DNA from: Camelus dromedarius | Taxonomy: Eukaryota | DNA length: 64,000 bases | NCBI RefSeq assembly: GCF_036321535.1 | Contig: NC_087437.1 | Span: 62,870,001 to 62,934,000 of the forward strand | Reading direction: 5' to 3' | Part shown: one piece after another, positions 63,790-64,000 of the stretch | Layout of the letters: every line of letters starts with the position of its first letter | How positions within the stretch are numbered: the stretch's first letter is position 1 | Made by a program: the position numbers and the translations under genes | Notes under the pieces: generated by a model | What the model was told of the DNA's origin: nothing | The model's database searches: none | What the model saw: only the letters and a program-made list of their open reading frames with translations

Positions 63790-64000
63790 CACTACTTCTC
63801 AAACTTTAACATGCACAAGATTTACCTGGAGATTTTGTTAAAATGCAGATTCAGACTCACTAAGTCTGGGATTCTGCCTTTCTAATCAGCTCTCAAGTGA
63901 TGCTGGCATTGCTGGTCCAGGGCCCACACTTTGAGTAGGTCCTAGATCAGGGTCGGTAGATTGGAGGTGCATCAGAATCACCTGGAGGGCTTACTGAACT
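63790..64000. mobile_element. Two tandem MER5A-like elements (second truncated by the window end)
   Basis: CTTCTCAAACTTTAACATGCA..TTGTTAAAATGCAGATTC..CCACACTTTGAGTAG, then GTGCATCAGAATCACCTGGAGGGCTT. Confidence 0.75.

Overview
Mammalian genomic DNA, probably from a camelid given one camelid-type tRNA-derived SINE. The whole window lies inside the kalirin RhoGEF gene (KALRN) on the minus strand. Fourteen internal coding exons (57271 down to 1096) were read by hand. All have canonical AG/GT boundaries and splice in frame into 1715 nt (571 full codons), or 1742 nt with an alternative acceptor. They encode the C-terminal spectrin repeats and most of the first DH (GEF1) domain. The acceptor of the next exon sits exactly at window position 1. 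The rest is intronic and carries the usual eutherian repeats (L1, L2, MIR, MER5A/MER3/MER58, MLT1 solo LTRs); family names come from recalled consensus and boundaries are approximate. No prokaryotic-type system (CRISPR etc.) is present, and the supplied ORF track is spurious except where it overlaps KALRN exons or L1. The most interesting observations are: (i) a nested insertion stack at about 9.1-11.6 kb containing an L1 with a perfect TSD and an apparent 3' transduction; (ii) an adjacent retrocopy of an unidentified polyadenylated transcript in KALRN-sense orientation, with a decayed coiled-coil-like frame weakly resembling the ANKRD26/CCDC144 family; (iii) tandem acceptors that add SLFHATSLQ; (iv) several candidate regulatory or cryptic-exon elements.
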